IMG/VR virus record: IMGVR_UViG_3300020198_000024
Span: 1-52,850 of that record
Source of the DNA: a virus
Taxonomy: Duplodnaviria > Caudoviricetes
DNA: 52,850 nucleotides
Direction: 5' to 3' (one strand)
The translations under genes and the position numbers were made by a program. The stretch's first letter is position 1; every line of letters begins with the position of its first letter. The notes beneath the pieces are model-generated. The model made no database searches. It was not told where the DNA came from and was given only the letters and a program-made list of their open reading frames with translations. This document shows positions 28,651 through 38,160 of the stretch, in pieces.

Positions 28651-29550
28651 TTAATCCTCCATTAGTATTGTAGTCCTTCGACTAACTATATTGATTATTT
28701 CCTTTGATTCTCTAACGTCTTGAACGTCTTTAACACTCTTTGGTAATTCTATAAAACTAATCGGAAAATAATTTGAAAGTCTGACTGAAATATTTTTTGC
28801 AGCTACTTTACCTGCATCGTCATTATCGAGGCAAAGAACTATTTCAGATGTTGGAAGTCTAGAAATAAGTTGCTCTTGATGCTTTGAAAGATTGAGTCCA
28901 AGCAAAGCAACAGATGGAATGCCGTTCTGATCAAGCCACATAGTATCGAGGGTTCCTTCAGTCAAGCAGACAAATTTTTGTTCACTCTTAATATTATATG
29001 AGCCAAACAAGACTTTTGAAGTCTTAAGACCACTTGAATATAGGTATATTTTACCTTTTGCAGGATCTGATCTAGTAACCCAACCAACTAAGCGTCCATT
29101 ATCATCTTTTATTGGTACTGCTAGAGCATTGTCGTCGCTCATTCCGCAACCCCATTTTCTAAGAGTTGCTTTATTAAATCCTCTCTTAAAAATCCAACTT
29201 GGAACCACATCTTGTTTAAATGGAAAAATAATTTCTGGTTGTTGAAAATCATCAACTTCTTCTTTTAAGAATAAGTCTTCTTTCCAAATCGATGTTTCTT
29301 CTTTTAATTTAAAACTACGTAAGAATAAATCTAATTCAAGCTGCCCATATCCAAGATAAGCTTTCAGAAAGATTCTAATTGAACCAGATCTGCAACCAGC
29401 AAAACAATGAAAAAGACCTTTATCTACGTTTATTGTAGCAGAAGGAGAAGAATCATTATGAAGGGGACACAGTATCGATAGTTCCCGCTTGTCCGTTCTT
29501 AACCCCAGTGAGCTTAAGACTGCCTTCCAGTCTACTTCTACGTCTCTCAC
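28651..29550 (-). CDS. dnaG: DNA primase
   Basis: CPLH.D..PS..HCFAGC zinc finger; TEGTLD and LDNDDAG TOPRIM motifs. Confidence 0.92.
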   Translation of the reverse strand: MRDVEVDWKAVLSSLGLRTDKRELSILCPLHNDSSPSATINVDKGLFHCFAGCRSGSIRIFLKAYLGYGQLELDLFLRSFKLKEETSIWKEDLFLKEEVDDFQQPEIIFPFKQDVVPSWIFKRGFNKATLRKWGCGMSDDNALAVPIKDDNGRLVGWVTRSDPAKGKIYLYSSGLKTSKVLFGSYNIKSEQKFVCLTEGTLDTMWLDQNGIPSVALLGLNLSKHQEQLISRLPTSEIVLCLDNDDAGKVAAKNISVRLSNYFPISFIELPKSVKDVQDVRESKEIINIVSRRTTILMED

Positions 29551-29989
29551 GCCGCTCTGCCCTCCGATCCTTTTTATTTTTAGTCACAAATTCCTTCATT
29601 TTAGTAGATGCATTTTTTGCCAATAAATTTGCAACTTCATTAAATTTGTTTCCATTATGTCCTTTAACCCAGACGAAAGAAACTTTGAACAAGTCAAGAT
29701 AAAAATCTAGTTGATCCCAAAGATCTTTATTTTTTAGTCGACTCCAATTTTTACTGACAGTATTAACTATATACTGACTATCCGAATAAACTATAATTCC
29801 TGAACTTGAAACTGGACATACTCTTAAAGCACCAATAACTGCCAATAATTCCATTCGATTATTAGTAGTTGTTAATTCTCCTCCAGACACAGTACGAATT
29901 ACACTTCCGTAGGCTAAAATAACGGCTCCCCACCCACCAATTCCCCCAGGATTTCCGAGAGCCGATCCATCTGTATATACTTCAATCAT
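29456..29989 (-). CDS. rnhA: ribonuclease HI
   Basis: YTDGSALGNPG, TNNRMEL, SDSQY, NKDLW, WVKGH. Confidence 0.93.
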   Translation of the reverse strand: MIEVYTDGSALGNPGGIGGWGAVILAYGSVIRTVSGGELTTTNNRMELLAVIGALRVCPVSSSGIIVYSDSQYIVNTVSKNWSRLKNKDLWDQLDFYLDLFKVSFVWVKGHNGNKFNEVANLLAKNASTKMKEFVTKNKKDRRAERRERRRSRLEGSLKLTGVKNGQAGTIDTVSPS

Positions 29990-31285
29990 TTAGAACAAAT
30001 CTTCTTCCTTATTATCTATAGATTTCTTTTTCTGTTGAACACCAACTTTAACATCAAGCTCTTCAATATCTCCACAATCCACATCCCATTTAAGAACGGC
30101 GTACTGAGCGGGAAGCTCATCGTCTCTCCATTTCTGAAATTGAACTAATCTATCTGAAGTCGTTTCATCTCTAATACACATTGAAAATGCTACATCAGAA
30201 GCCCTAATAAGAGCATCACCGTTTGCAACTTGAATTGCTGTAGGGGGAGTAAACAAGTCATTTCCGGCATCACGTGTAGCCTGTGTTGAAACGAATGCCG
30301 AAATATTTCTTCCAAGACAAAGATTCTTTATTTCCTGGAAAATCTTGTGGTCTTGTCTCCATCCTTCTCGAACTGATTTATCACCAGATATTAAATACAT
30401 ACCATCAATAATCAAAAGGTCCGGATAATGCTTTTTAACTAATTTAGAAATGACCGGTATAGACAATGAATCTTCATCGACATGATCGCATACGAATAAA
30501 CGCTTAGTTGAAGACTCAGAAAGAAACTTCTTATACTGATTTTCTTCTTCTTGAGTTAGATCTCCCCGCTTAAGTTTCTTATGAGAAAACTTATATCCAA
30601 GCATATGACCATAAACAATGTCTGCTCGCATATTGATTTGATCAGCAGGCATTTCTGTTGAAATAAACAAAACTCTTCTCGAATATTTCATAGCAACCAT
30701 TGCAGTCTTTATTGAAAACCACGTTTTACCAACTGTCGGTCTAGCAAAAACTGAAGTAACCTGCCCCGGCAACCAACCAACTCCTGATCTATTTATTGTT
30801 TTGAGTGGAGTTGGAATTCCAATAATTCCTAAACCTACTTTACGTAGCTCCTTCCTCTTCTCATAATCTTCAAATCTAGACAGAGTACCTTCATCATAAA
30901 CTACTACTTCTTTGTCATATTTTATCCCAATATCATCCAAGTGTGAAATTAATTTGGGTAAAGTTAGTTTAGGATTTACTTTCAAGTCTTCTTGAAGATC
31001 TTGGATTACGGCCTTTGTTTTTCTAAAAATGACCTGCTTCTCAAATTCATTCAATAAAAAATCAAGATTGTTTCCAGCAGAACTTACTTCTAAGTCTGGG
31101 AATTTCTCAAGTAAAACTTCTTTTTTCGGAGAAGATTTAAATTGATCAATATAATCTGAAACAAAATTAAAAGCTTCACTCTGTTTTGAAAAATCTTTAG
31201 AAGAGAACTTTATCTTCTCTAAATCTAAAGCTCCAGTTATAGAAAAAATTATACCAGATTCTACAAAGTTATAAGTTAAATTCAT
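29990..31285 (-). CDS. dnaB: DnaB-like replicative helicase
   Basis: ARPTVGKT, STEM, IIDG, STQATR, QKWR. Confidence 0.9.
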   Translation of the reverse strand: MNLTYNFVESGIIFSITGALDLEKIKFSSKDFSKQSEAFNFVSDYIDQFKSSPKKEVLLEKFPDLEVSSAGNNLDFLLNEFEKQVIFRKTKAVIQDLQEDLKVNPKLTLPKLISHLDDIGIKYDKEVVVYDEGTLSRFEDYEKRKELRKVGLGIIGIPTPLKTINRSGVGWLPGQVTSVFARPTVGKTWFSIKTAMVAMKYSRRVLFISTEMPADQINMRADIVYGHMLGYKFSHKKLKRGDLTQEEENQYKKFLSESSTKRLFVCDHVDEDSLSIPVISKLVKKHYPDLLIIDGMYLISGDKSVREGWRQDHKIFQEIKNLCLGRNISAFVSTQATRDAGNDLFTPPTAIQVANGDALIRASDVAFSMCIRDETTSDRLVQFQKWRDDELPAQYAVLKWDVDCGDIEELDVKVGVQQKKKSIDNKEEDLF

Positions 31286-31503
31286 ATAGAGTCATTCCGA
31301 AGATATAAAACTTTACCATCAGAATTATGAATTGTCGCCGTTAAAACTGTTGAAGCCATATTGTCAACAGACCTCTTGGCGTCAACGAACGTCGTATAAT
31401 CGTCGAGAATAAATAAATTAGATTCTTTATCTCTAAAGACTACTCTAAATTTATTGAGTGGTGCTTTCCTCGCTTTTAAGTTTTCTTGTTGAATTTGTTT
31501 CAT
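31282..31503 (-). CDS. hypothetical protein
   Basis: Co-oriented ORF coupled to helicase. Confidence 0.6.
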   Translation of the reverse strand: MKQIQQENLKARKAPLNKFRVVFRDKESNLFILDDYTTFVDAKRSVDNMASTVLTATIHNSDGKVLYLRNDSI

Positions 31504-31936
31504 CTACAATACCCCTATACCAATTTCGTAATATTTCTTCAAGAGATCTTTTCTGAATTAAATCATTAGAAGTTGGAAACCATTTAGAATCTTCTAATCT
31601 GAGTTCCATTAAAAGTTGCCTTTGCTTTTCAGAGCCATATTCTTTAACAAAGAAATCAATATCTGGATGACTGGAGTTTGGAGCAAATCTTTTAAAGTCT
31701 TTGGCAAAAAAACATATATCTTTACTACCTTCTTCGATAGCTACAATCATTGCCAACATAATTGTAAAAACATCGTAGTTATCTAAAAGACTTTTAAGGG
31801 AACTTAATTCTTTACCAATAAATGATCTAACAAAATAATCAGATTTATGTTTAACCTTAAATTTTTCTTCCCAAAATCTATGTAAATCTTTTGATGTATA
31901 CTCTTCTATTTGTTTAGCTAGCTTCCGACGTACCAA
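31451..31936 (-). CDS. hypothetical protein
   Basis: Co-oriented ORF in replication cluster. Confidence 0.7.
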   Translation of the reverse strand: MVRRKLAKQIEEYTSKDLHRFWEEKFKVKHKSDYFVRSFIGKELSSLKSLLDNYDVFTIMLAMIVAIEEGSKDICFFAKDFKRFAPNSSHPDIDFFVKEYGSEKQRQLLMELRLEDSKWFPTSNDLIQKRSLEEILRNWYRGIVDETNSTRKLKSEESTTQ

Positions 31937-33575
31937 TCATGTCCTGCCCTTCTATCATTAAATGATAATCTTCGACGGAAAGTTTAACAATACTCATTGT
32001 ATCAGACCCGCTCAAGAAATCTTTTATAGCTTTTTGCCTTCGAAGAAATACTTTCATGATACCTTCATCTATTGTATTCTTTAAAAATGGTCTATAAACA
32101 AAAACTGGATTTTTCTGGCCAATTCGATGTAAACGATCTTCTCTCTGTATCATTGTAGCTGGATTATGTACAAACCCATAATGAACAATTGTATCAGCCC
32201 CGACCAAATCCAAACCGAATTTTCCGGCATCAGTAGAGATAAGAATTGCTTTGGAAGCAGCATTAAACTTTTTTGAAATATCAAATCTATCATTAGCATC
32301 AACTTCTCCAGTTATATAAAATGGTGTCTTGAAGTATTGTATTAGTCTATTCGCACTTTCTCTAAAAAAAGTAAAAACTACTACTTTATTTGTTTGATCA
32401 TAAAGTTCAGATAACCAAGTTAATTTCGAAGGAGTATCTTTCCAAGACGGGTCGACAATGTCTGGAAATTCTGTGAACTGCCTACAGTTTACTGTACCAT
32501 CCCAAATTGCAGCAGATGAAAATCCTCCGGAAGCAGATTCTTGAATCCATTCCTTAAACTTTTTCGACAAAGATGAGTACATTTTTATTTCGGAGTCTGT
32601 CATTTCTATTGGTATATCATCTGGTGGCATTTTTTCTGGTAAATCTGAGACTATATTCTTATCTGTCTTTTCTCTCCTTAATATAAAAGGGCTTGTCAAA
32701 AGATGCAATTCCGGAAGTTTATCAGTTGTCCCAATAATTTTCTTGGTAAACTCATCTATCTCACAATATCTGTATTTAAATTGAAAGGCTGACGGAATAA
32801 TCTCCGGTCTAATCCATTCCATAATAGCTTGAAATTCCATTAAATTAGTTTCTATATAAATACCAGACAAAGCAATTCTAGCTTCACTCTTAAGTTTTCT
32901 AGCTAACTTTGTTCTTTGTGCTTTTGGATTCTTAAGATAAACTGCTTCATCAGCAATTATTGAAGACCATTCTTTAGGAATAATATCCCAATCTTTGATT
33001 AAAAGATCATAATTGCAGATTATATAAGGAGAAGGAAGACTTTCCCATATTGCTCGACGATCTTCTTTGGTACCAGATACAACACATGCTTGCAGTCCAA
33101 AATGTTTCATAAATTCGTCTTGCCACTTCCATTTAACAGAAGCTGGACAAAGAATTAAATTATATTTTCCGTTAAGACGGCAAATTGCTTCGATAGATTG
33201 AATCGTTTTTCCAAGCCCCATATCGTCAGCAAGTAAAGCTTTTTTAGCTTTTACGAGAAATTCAGCCCCCACAACTTGATATGGTCTCAAAAGTGGATGT
33301 TGAGCCCCTTTTGATAACTTCAGATTAACCAGATCTAATAATAATTTTTGTATCTTAATTGCAGCTTCTTGGGCTTCAGGACTCCAAGATAAACTAGATA
33401 ATGGTTCAAGAGTTTTAACAGATAATTGTGGAACTTCCCAAACCTTGTCCTTTTTATTCCATTTACGAACTGGTAAATTACGCACTTCTTGAAGATGGTC
33501 TTTAAATTCAGCGTTACCACATTCATAGCCAAACGACAAAGTAAAAAAAGGCTTTTTATAATTTACTTTAATCAT
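31914..33575 (-). CDS. SNF2-family helicase with N-terminal HARP-like domain
   Basis: LRPYQ, DDMGLGKT, ADEAV, QREDRLHRIGQ; RKWN..KVW N-terminus. Confidence 0.9.
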   Translation of the reverse strand: MIKVNYKKPFFTLSFGYECGNAEFKDHLQEVRNLPVRKWNKKDKVWEVPQLSVKTLEPLSSLSWSPEAQEAAIKIQKLLLDLVNLKLSKGAQHPLLRPYQVVGAEFLVKAKKALLADDMGLGKTIQSIEAICRLNGKYNLILCPASVKWKWQDEFMKHFGLQACVVSGTKEDRRAIWESLPSPYIICNYDLLIKDWDIIPKEWSSIIADEAVYLKNPKAQRTKLARKLKSEARIALSGIYIETNLMEFQAIMEWIRPEIIPSAFQFKYRYCEIDEFTKKIIGTTDKLPELHLLTSPFILRREKTDKNIVSDLPEKMPPDDIPIEMTDSEIKMYSSLSKKFKEWIQESASGGFSSAAIWDGTVNCRQFTEFPDIVDPSWKDTPSKLTWLSELYDQTNKVVVFTFFRESANRLIQYFKTPFYITGEVDANDRFDISKKFNAASKAILISTDAGKFGLDLVGADTIVHYGFVHNPATMIQREDRLHRIGQKNPVFVYRPFLKNTIDEGIMKVFLRRQKAIKDFLSGSDTMSIVKLSVEDYHLMIEGQDMIGTSEAS

Positions 33576-34138
33576 TGAATAATTTCGTCAATTAAGCCAA
33601 AAGCCAAAGCTTCTTCAGCATCAAACCAAGCGTCTCGTTTATGAATAAACTTCTTCAACTCATCGATTGGTTGACCAGACCGCTCGGAGATAATCTCTAG
33701 TAAAATATTGTTAACCCGTAACATTTCCTTAGTATTTTCTTCGGCATCAGAAACCTTTTCATTTCCAAAATAATATTGAGAAACTTCATGCAAAAGTATT
33801 CTAGTATGTTTCGTAGCAAGTCTTTTATCTCCGGCCTGAAGCAATACTGAAGCAGCCGAAGCTGCATATCCGACTGCAACAGTCGTAACAGATACTCCTT
33901 CTTTTCTCGCCAAAAGAAGATAATCGTACATACCGAATAGAGGAAGAACTGAACCACCCTGACTTGTAATATAAACCGTTATCGGGTCACGCTTAGACTT
34001 ACTGACTAACCAATTAATTGAAGAATTGAAGTTAGCTGCGTCGTAGGTTGTTATTTCATCTGAGACGTATATCTTTCTTTGCTCTAAAAGATCATGTTCT
34101 ATTTTTGTAGATATTGGATTCTCTATGAAACCACTCAC
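33572..34138 (-). CDS. clpP: ClpP protease subunit
   Basis: SQGGSV, AASAAS (Ser), LLHE (His), RDAWFDAEEALAFGLID (Asp). Confidence 0.92.
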   Translation of the reverse strand: MSGFIENPISTKIEHDLLEQRKIYVSDEITTYDAANFNSSINWLVSKSKRDPITVYITSQGGSVLPLFGMYDYLLLARKEGVSVTTVAVGYAASAASVLLQAGDKRLATKHTRILLHEVSQYYFGNEKVSDAEENTKEMLRVNNILLEIISERSGQPIDELKKFIHKRDAWFDAEEALAFGLIDEIIQ

Positions 34139-34671
34139 GTTATAATTAACCTCTTTTTTCTTTCTAGAGTCGTACCTGTTACTTCAAAATCCTCTTTTAA
34201 AAGATCAAGTACTTCTCTCTTATTAATATTTGATGTTATTTTTAATGCTTTAGATTTCAATTCATCAGTAACGTCTACTAATGGAAGTTCGATGGTTGCC
34301 GTCTTATATACAGATGGAACCTGTTCTTCGTCTAGTACCTTGCAAGACGGATTAGAATTTGCTACTGTTATATTAACCCTCCTTCCAGTTATCTTATTCA
34401 TTCCAACTGCAATAAGATTATCAAGAAGATACAATTCTAATCTATCAATAGATTTTTCAGCTCGTTTTTGTTTAGCTTCTAATCTATCAATTTCTTGTTT
34501 AAATATCGTTTTTCTAGCTTCAAGATCTCTAATTATGAGAGCAATGCTTTCTGCTTTAAATTCAATTGCATCTCCAATCTCATCTAACTTATCCTCTAAA
34601 TTAGAGGCTTCAGATTCAGATACAATATCAAGAATTGCTTCATATTGAGCGGCTAATTCATATAGTTTCAT
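34135..34671 (-). CDS. siphovirus Gp157 family protein
   Basis: MKLYEL..KAESIALIIRDLE..EIDRL pattern. Confidence 0.8.
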   Translation of the reverse strand: MKLYELAAQYEAILDIVSESEASNLEDKLDEIGDAIEFKAESIALIIRDLEARKTIFKQEIDRLEAKQKRAEKSIDRLELYLLDNLIAVGMNKITGRRVNITVANSNPSCKVLDEEQVPSVYKTATIELPLVDVTDELKSKALKITSNINKREVLDLLKEDFEVTGTTLERKKRLIIT

Positions 34672-35198
34672 CTATTATAGCTTTCAATTTTATTTCTTAT
34701 AGACTCTCTAACTTTTGCTGCTGATTTTTTTGAAGTCATTTTTGAAGTTATTTCGTCAAGACGATATCCTTCAATTCTCATTTTGATAAAAAGTTTCTCG
34801 TCATCTGTAAAGTTAAGAGTTTTTTCTAGATCTTTCAACATAATTATATCAAATTCATTTTCTTGAGATGGATCTTCAATTATATCTGCCATTTTTTTAC
34901 TATACTCATTATCTGGGCCATCTGTATAAGTTTTATCTAGGGACAAGATTACTGGAGTCTTTTTTGACCGATTAATCAATCCACGAATGACATTAAGCAT
35001 TGCCACATGAAGATATGTACCAAATTCAGCTTGTCCTCTTGTTGGATCATATTTCTTGTAAGCCCTTAAAATTGAAAGTCTTAGTTCTTGTGCAATATCT
35101 TCATAGTCATATCCTCTAATTGATGTTGACCGAAGCATTGAATGCACTTTCGGTTCCCACTTTTCTAGAATCTCTTGTTCTGAAAGATTCATTCTCAA
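34668..35198 (-). CDS. sigma-70 family phage sigma factor
   Basis: EDIAQEL..KYDPTRG..FGTYL region 2; SLD; C-terminal HTH. Confidence 0.85.
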   Translation of the reverse strand: MRMNLSEQEILEKWEPKVHSMLRSTSIRGYDYEDIAQELRLSILRAYKKYDPTRGQAEFGTYLHVAMLNVIRGLINRSKKTPVILSLDKTYTDGPDNEYSKKMADIIEDPSQENEFDIIMLKDLEKTLNFTDDEKLFIKMRIEGYRLDEITSKMTSKKSAAKVRESIRNKIESYNR

Positions 35199-35610
35199 CT
35201 CCTTCTTTAATTATGCCCAACTGTTTTCTAGCATTTAAAACTTTTTTAGTCAAAGACCATCCTAAGTCTTGTTCAAATTTTTTGCCTGATACAGCTTCTA
35301 ATATTCGAAGATATTCTTCTCCATGTCCATGCCCAGTTCTTTTTAAACGGAAATGCAAAATATGTGCCAATTCATGCCTAATCATCCGCCTAGATTCAAT
35401 TAGATCTGACAAAATCCATTCGGCAATCTTTATTTTGTTGCCTTGATCAAAAGCCATAGCCCCAGAAATTCTATATGTTCTACCCTTAGCAATTTCTATA
35501 GTTGGTTTTAAAAAAGTTAGAATCCATGGTTTTTCTTTGAATAGTTCTTTAACTTCTTTCCTATCTAGAAGTTTATAACAATATCGATATAATGTATTTT
35601 CTTTAACCAT
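35116..35610 (-). CDS. SprT-like zinc metalloprotease
   Basis: HELAH..GHG motif. Confidence 0.7.
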   Translation of the reverse strand: MVKENTLYRYCYKLLDRKEVKELFKEKPWILTFLKPTIEIAKGRTYRISGAMAFDQGNKIKIAEWILSDLIESRRMIRHELAHILHFRLKRTGHGHGEEYLRILEAVSGKKFEQDLGWSLTKKVLNARKQLGIIKEGVENESFRTRDSRKVGTESAFNASVNIN

Positions 35611-35614
35611 TATA

Positions 35615-35932
35615 TCATATATACTTGAGTAGGTCTTCTCTTATTTTTGCTTCTGATCCAGCCCCAACAATAGTATCTACATGAACTTGATTTTTAAAGA
35701 GAATCAAGGTTGGGATGCTTCTAATGTTAAAGCGTGATAAAAGTTCACCTTCTTCGTCTACATTTATCTTTTTAAGAAAAATTTTGGGATTTTCAGAAAC
35801 AATTTTGCTTAAAATTGGAAAAAATGTTTTGCATGGACCACACCAATTTGCCCAAAAATAAAGAATTACGAATTCAGAAGAATTTATAACAGATTCAATT
35901 TCACTGTTTTTATTAATTTGTGTCATAATCAT
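35615..35932 (-). CDS. trxA: thioredoxin
   Basis: WCGPC, SIPTL. Confidence 0.95.
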   Translation of the reverse strand: MIMTQINKNSEIESVINSSEFVILYFWANWCGPCKTFFPILSKIVSENPKIFLKKINVDEEGELLSRFNIRSIPTLILFKNQVHVDTIVGAGSEAKIREDLLKYI

Positions 35933-35971
35933 CTATTTTCTAGGAATACGATTCCTCTAAAAGAAAATTAA

Positions 35972-36235
35972 CTACAGGAGAAGACATTGTTGATTCCGAG
36001 GTTGTTTTTCTTTTCCCCATATTACTCTCCTGTATCTATCTTCAAATACTGAAGATTGTAAAACTGATAAGATATAAACTGTTTCATCTTTTGAAGATAA
36101 TTTTATGTCTTCAGAGATTTCAACAATGTCTGAACTATCTAATCCATATAAATATTTTGCTCTTTCTAATACATAAAGCCACGAATAACCATCCATCGTT
36201 TCCTTTTTTGAAACCCTAATTTTAAATTCAAGCAT
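35972..36235 (-). CDS. hypothetical protein
   Basis: ORF directly downstream of tmRNA. Confidence 0.55.
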   Translation of the reverse strand: MLEFKIRVSKKETMDGYSWLYVLERAKYLYGLDSSDIVEISEDIKLSSKDETVYILSVLQSSVFEDRYRRVIWGKEKQPRNQQCLLL

Positions 36236-36248
36236 AGAAGTCCTGCTT

Positions 36249-36543
36249 TGGTGGAGCGGGGGGAGAGTCGAACTCCCCGTCTCAAAATTAGCTTCAATTA
36301 ATTCTTCACAAGTTTTTCTGATTTAAAGATATCAGAATCTAATTAAACACTAGGTCTTAATCTTGTTTTATTTGTCTCCCAATCAGCTAAAACAATAAAT
36401 ACTTTAAGGGAGTCCCTTTTTTAAGGAAGAGAGAAGACTGGTTCGTTGCCAGTTACTTGTTTACCAATTAGATTAACGAGATATCTTGGCATGCTCGACT
36501 TGCATTAATTGCTGCATGATCTTGATCGAAACCACTCCGCCCC
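36249..36543 (-). ncRNA. ssrA: tmRNA
   Basis: 5' GGGGCGG pairs with 3' CCGCTCC-ACCA (G3:U70); T-arm GGGAG-TTCGACT-CTCCC; tag frame after TAACT at 36450-36421 reads GNEPVFSLP*. Confidence 0.92.
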
Positions 36544-36605
36544 ATAATCTATTTTATCGTAGACCACTTCCATATATTCTATTATATCTTTTAATGCCAA
36601 CTGAG

Positions 36606-36737
36606 TTATCCATATAAATATGAAAACTCATCTTTGACTTCACTTATTTGAATGAGTGATGAACCACATTTTAAACAAACAAAAATCTGGTTATTATCAT
36701 TAAACCAAATTTCGTTGCAGTATTGACAATGTGCCAT
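36606..36737 (-). CDS. small zinc-ribbon protein (not in ORF track)
   Basis: MAHCQYC..CLKC..YLYG*, 43 aa. Confidence 0.5.
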   Translation of the reverse strand: MAHCQYCNEIWFNDNNQIFVCLKCGSSLIQISEVKDEFSYLYG

Positions 36738-36759
36738 AAAACCAAGTGTCATATGTATT

Positions 36760-36836
36760 TGGCTCCCGAGGCAGGACTCGAACCTGCGACCCGCTGATTA
36801 ACAGTCAGCTGCTGCTACCTACTGAGCTACTCGGGA
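36760..36836 (-). tRNA. tRNA-Asn(GTT)
   Basis: Cloverleaf; loop CT-GTT-AA; CCA encoded. Confidence 0.93.
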
Positions 36837-36934
36837 ATATTTCCTCTAAATCTTTCTAGATTTCCTATCTTCTCGCATTTTTAATACTTTCCAGCTTAAC
36901 CAAATTACTCATTAACTTCTTCTATAAAATTTAT

Positions 36935-37008
36935 TGGCTCTCCAGGTTGGATTCGAACCAACGTTCTAGGTTTCAAAGACCTATGTCCTACCTTTGGACG
37001 ACCGGAGA
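36935..37008 (-). tRNA. tRNA-Gln(TTG)
   Basis: TAGGT-CTTTGAA-ACCTA; CCA encoded. Confidence 0.93.
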
Positions 37009-37072
37009 ATTGGACTAGCTAAAATTTCTAAATTATAATAAGCTACCTCTTTCTATACCATTTTATATTATG

Positions 37073-37240
37073 TTACGGCGACCCCAGAATTTTTTCCCAA
37101 AAACTGTCGTTCAACACCGACTGGGGTGACACAGGGTATTTTTTTCGGATAGATTGATGTTTCATTACATCCACCTTAACAGCTACGTAATGGTGCCCTA
37201 TCCTAGTTGTCTTTCTTAGTTTGTAGCTAAACCGCCGTAA
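37073..37240 (-). ncRNA. unassigned structured RNA candidate (~170 nt)
   Basis: Closing stem TTACGGCG/CGCCGTAA, internal ACCCCAG/CTGGGGT, further complementary segments; lies between tRNA genes; strand inferred from neighbours. Confidence 0.55.
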
Positions 37241-37246
37241 TAAATC

Positions 37247-37321
37247 TGGTAGGGTCAGGGGGATTCGAACCCCACATTCGGAGCTTGAAAGACTCCCGTC
37301 CTGCCGTTAGACGATGACCCC
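37247..37321 (-). tRNA. tRNA-Glu(TTC)
   Basis: GGAGT-CTTTCAA-GCTCC; CCA encoded. Confidence 0.93.
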
Positions 37322-37361
37322 AAAACCGCATTCAAATAACTTTTAATTCAATATCGTTTAT

Positions 37362-37390
37362 ATTATATCATAAAAAATAAAGGTTGTACA
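37362..37390 (-). promoter_or_regulatory. sigma70-type promoter upstream of tRNA-Glu
   Basis: TGTACA-17 nt-TATAAT with extended -10 TG. Confidence 0.6.
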
Positions 37391-37429
37391 TCCCCCTACC
37401 TCAATGGTTATACTCTAATAAATAAGTTG

Positions 37430-37930
37430 TCACTTTGGTGATAACACCATAAAAATAGTGTTCATTTCACGCTTTGGTTTCTCATCAATTTTAGAAATAG
37501 AAGAAACTTGCTCTACTGTTTTCTTAAGAATACTTAAACCAAGATCTAAATGAGTTTTTTCTCGACCTTTAAACTTAACAACAAGTCTGACAATATTTCC
37601 GTCTTTAAGAAACTTTTCAATTAAACGAATCTTATGTTGAAGGTCATAGGCAGCAATTGTTGGAGAAAGCTGAACTTCTTTTTTCTTTGGGATATTCAAC
37701 TTCTTTTTTATTTCTTTTTCTTTCTTAGTAGCTTCATACTTAATCTTGCCGTAATCTAAAAACTTGCATATTGCAATTCCATCTTTGTCGACGGAAACTT
37801 CAACTAGATCTAATCCTTGACTATGTGCTGACTGCAAAGCATCTGAAATTTTTAGCTTAGATAATCCAATTGGAGTTACGATTTTAACCTCGGAACCTTT
37901 AACCTGATTGTTTATCTTGAATTCTTTGAT
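37430..37930 (-). CDS. infC: translation initiation factor IF-3 with ATC start
   Basis: GLDLVEV..CKFLDYGK.KYE..KFKGRE. Frame is open upstream of the track start to ATC at 37930, 5 nt after AGGAGGT, adding the typical KINNQVKGSEVKIV N-terminus. Confidence 0.92.
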   Translation of the reverse strand: MKEFKINNQVKGSEVKIVTPIGLSKLKISDALQSAHSQGLDLVEVSVDKDGIAICKFLDYGKIKYEATKKEKEIKKKLNIPKKKEVQLSPTIAAYDLQHKIRLIEKFLKDGNIVRLVVKFKGREKTHLDLGLSILKKTVEQVSSISKIDEKPKREMNTIFMVLSPK

Positions 37931-37931
37931 A

Positions 37932-38120
37932 TTATACCTCCTTTAAAAATTGTGTTCTACAAACTGGACATTTAGCTGGAAAATACTTATCGGGAACAAA
38001 TGTAGTTGGCTTGAGACATTTTTGACAAATAAGAACATCTAACCCAAATGACTTTGAAACAAAAATTTGACACCAACGTTTACGATTGTTAAGTACAAAT
38101 TTCTCTTTAATTGAAGACAC
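37932..38120 (-). CDS. small zinc-ribbon protein
   Basis: CQKC..CPVC. Confidence 0.65.
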   Translation of the reverse strand: MSSIKEKFVLNNRKRWCQIFVSKSFGLDVLICQKCLKPTTFVPDKYFPAKCPVCRTQFLKEV

Positions 38121-38160
38121 CTTTAATCTCTTATTAACTAAAACAGCCCTATCTTGATTA

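Noticed and set aside
29456-29550. RNase H-primase fusion by frameshift (95-nt overlap)
   Set aside because: Primase has its own plausible start and complete zinc finger; no slippery site recognised.
33572-34138. ClpP as the prohead protease that cuts the LxK motifs
   Set aside because: Located among replication/regulatory genes, without scaffold extension or adjacent capsid gene; no support.
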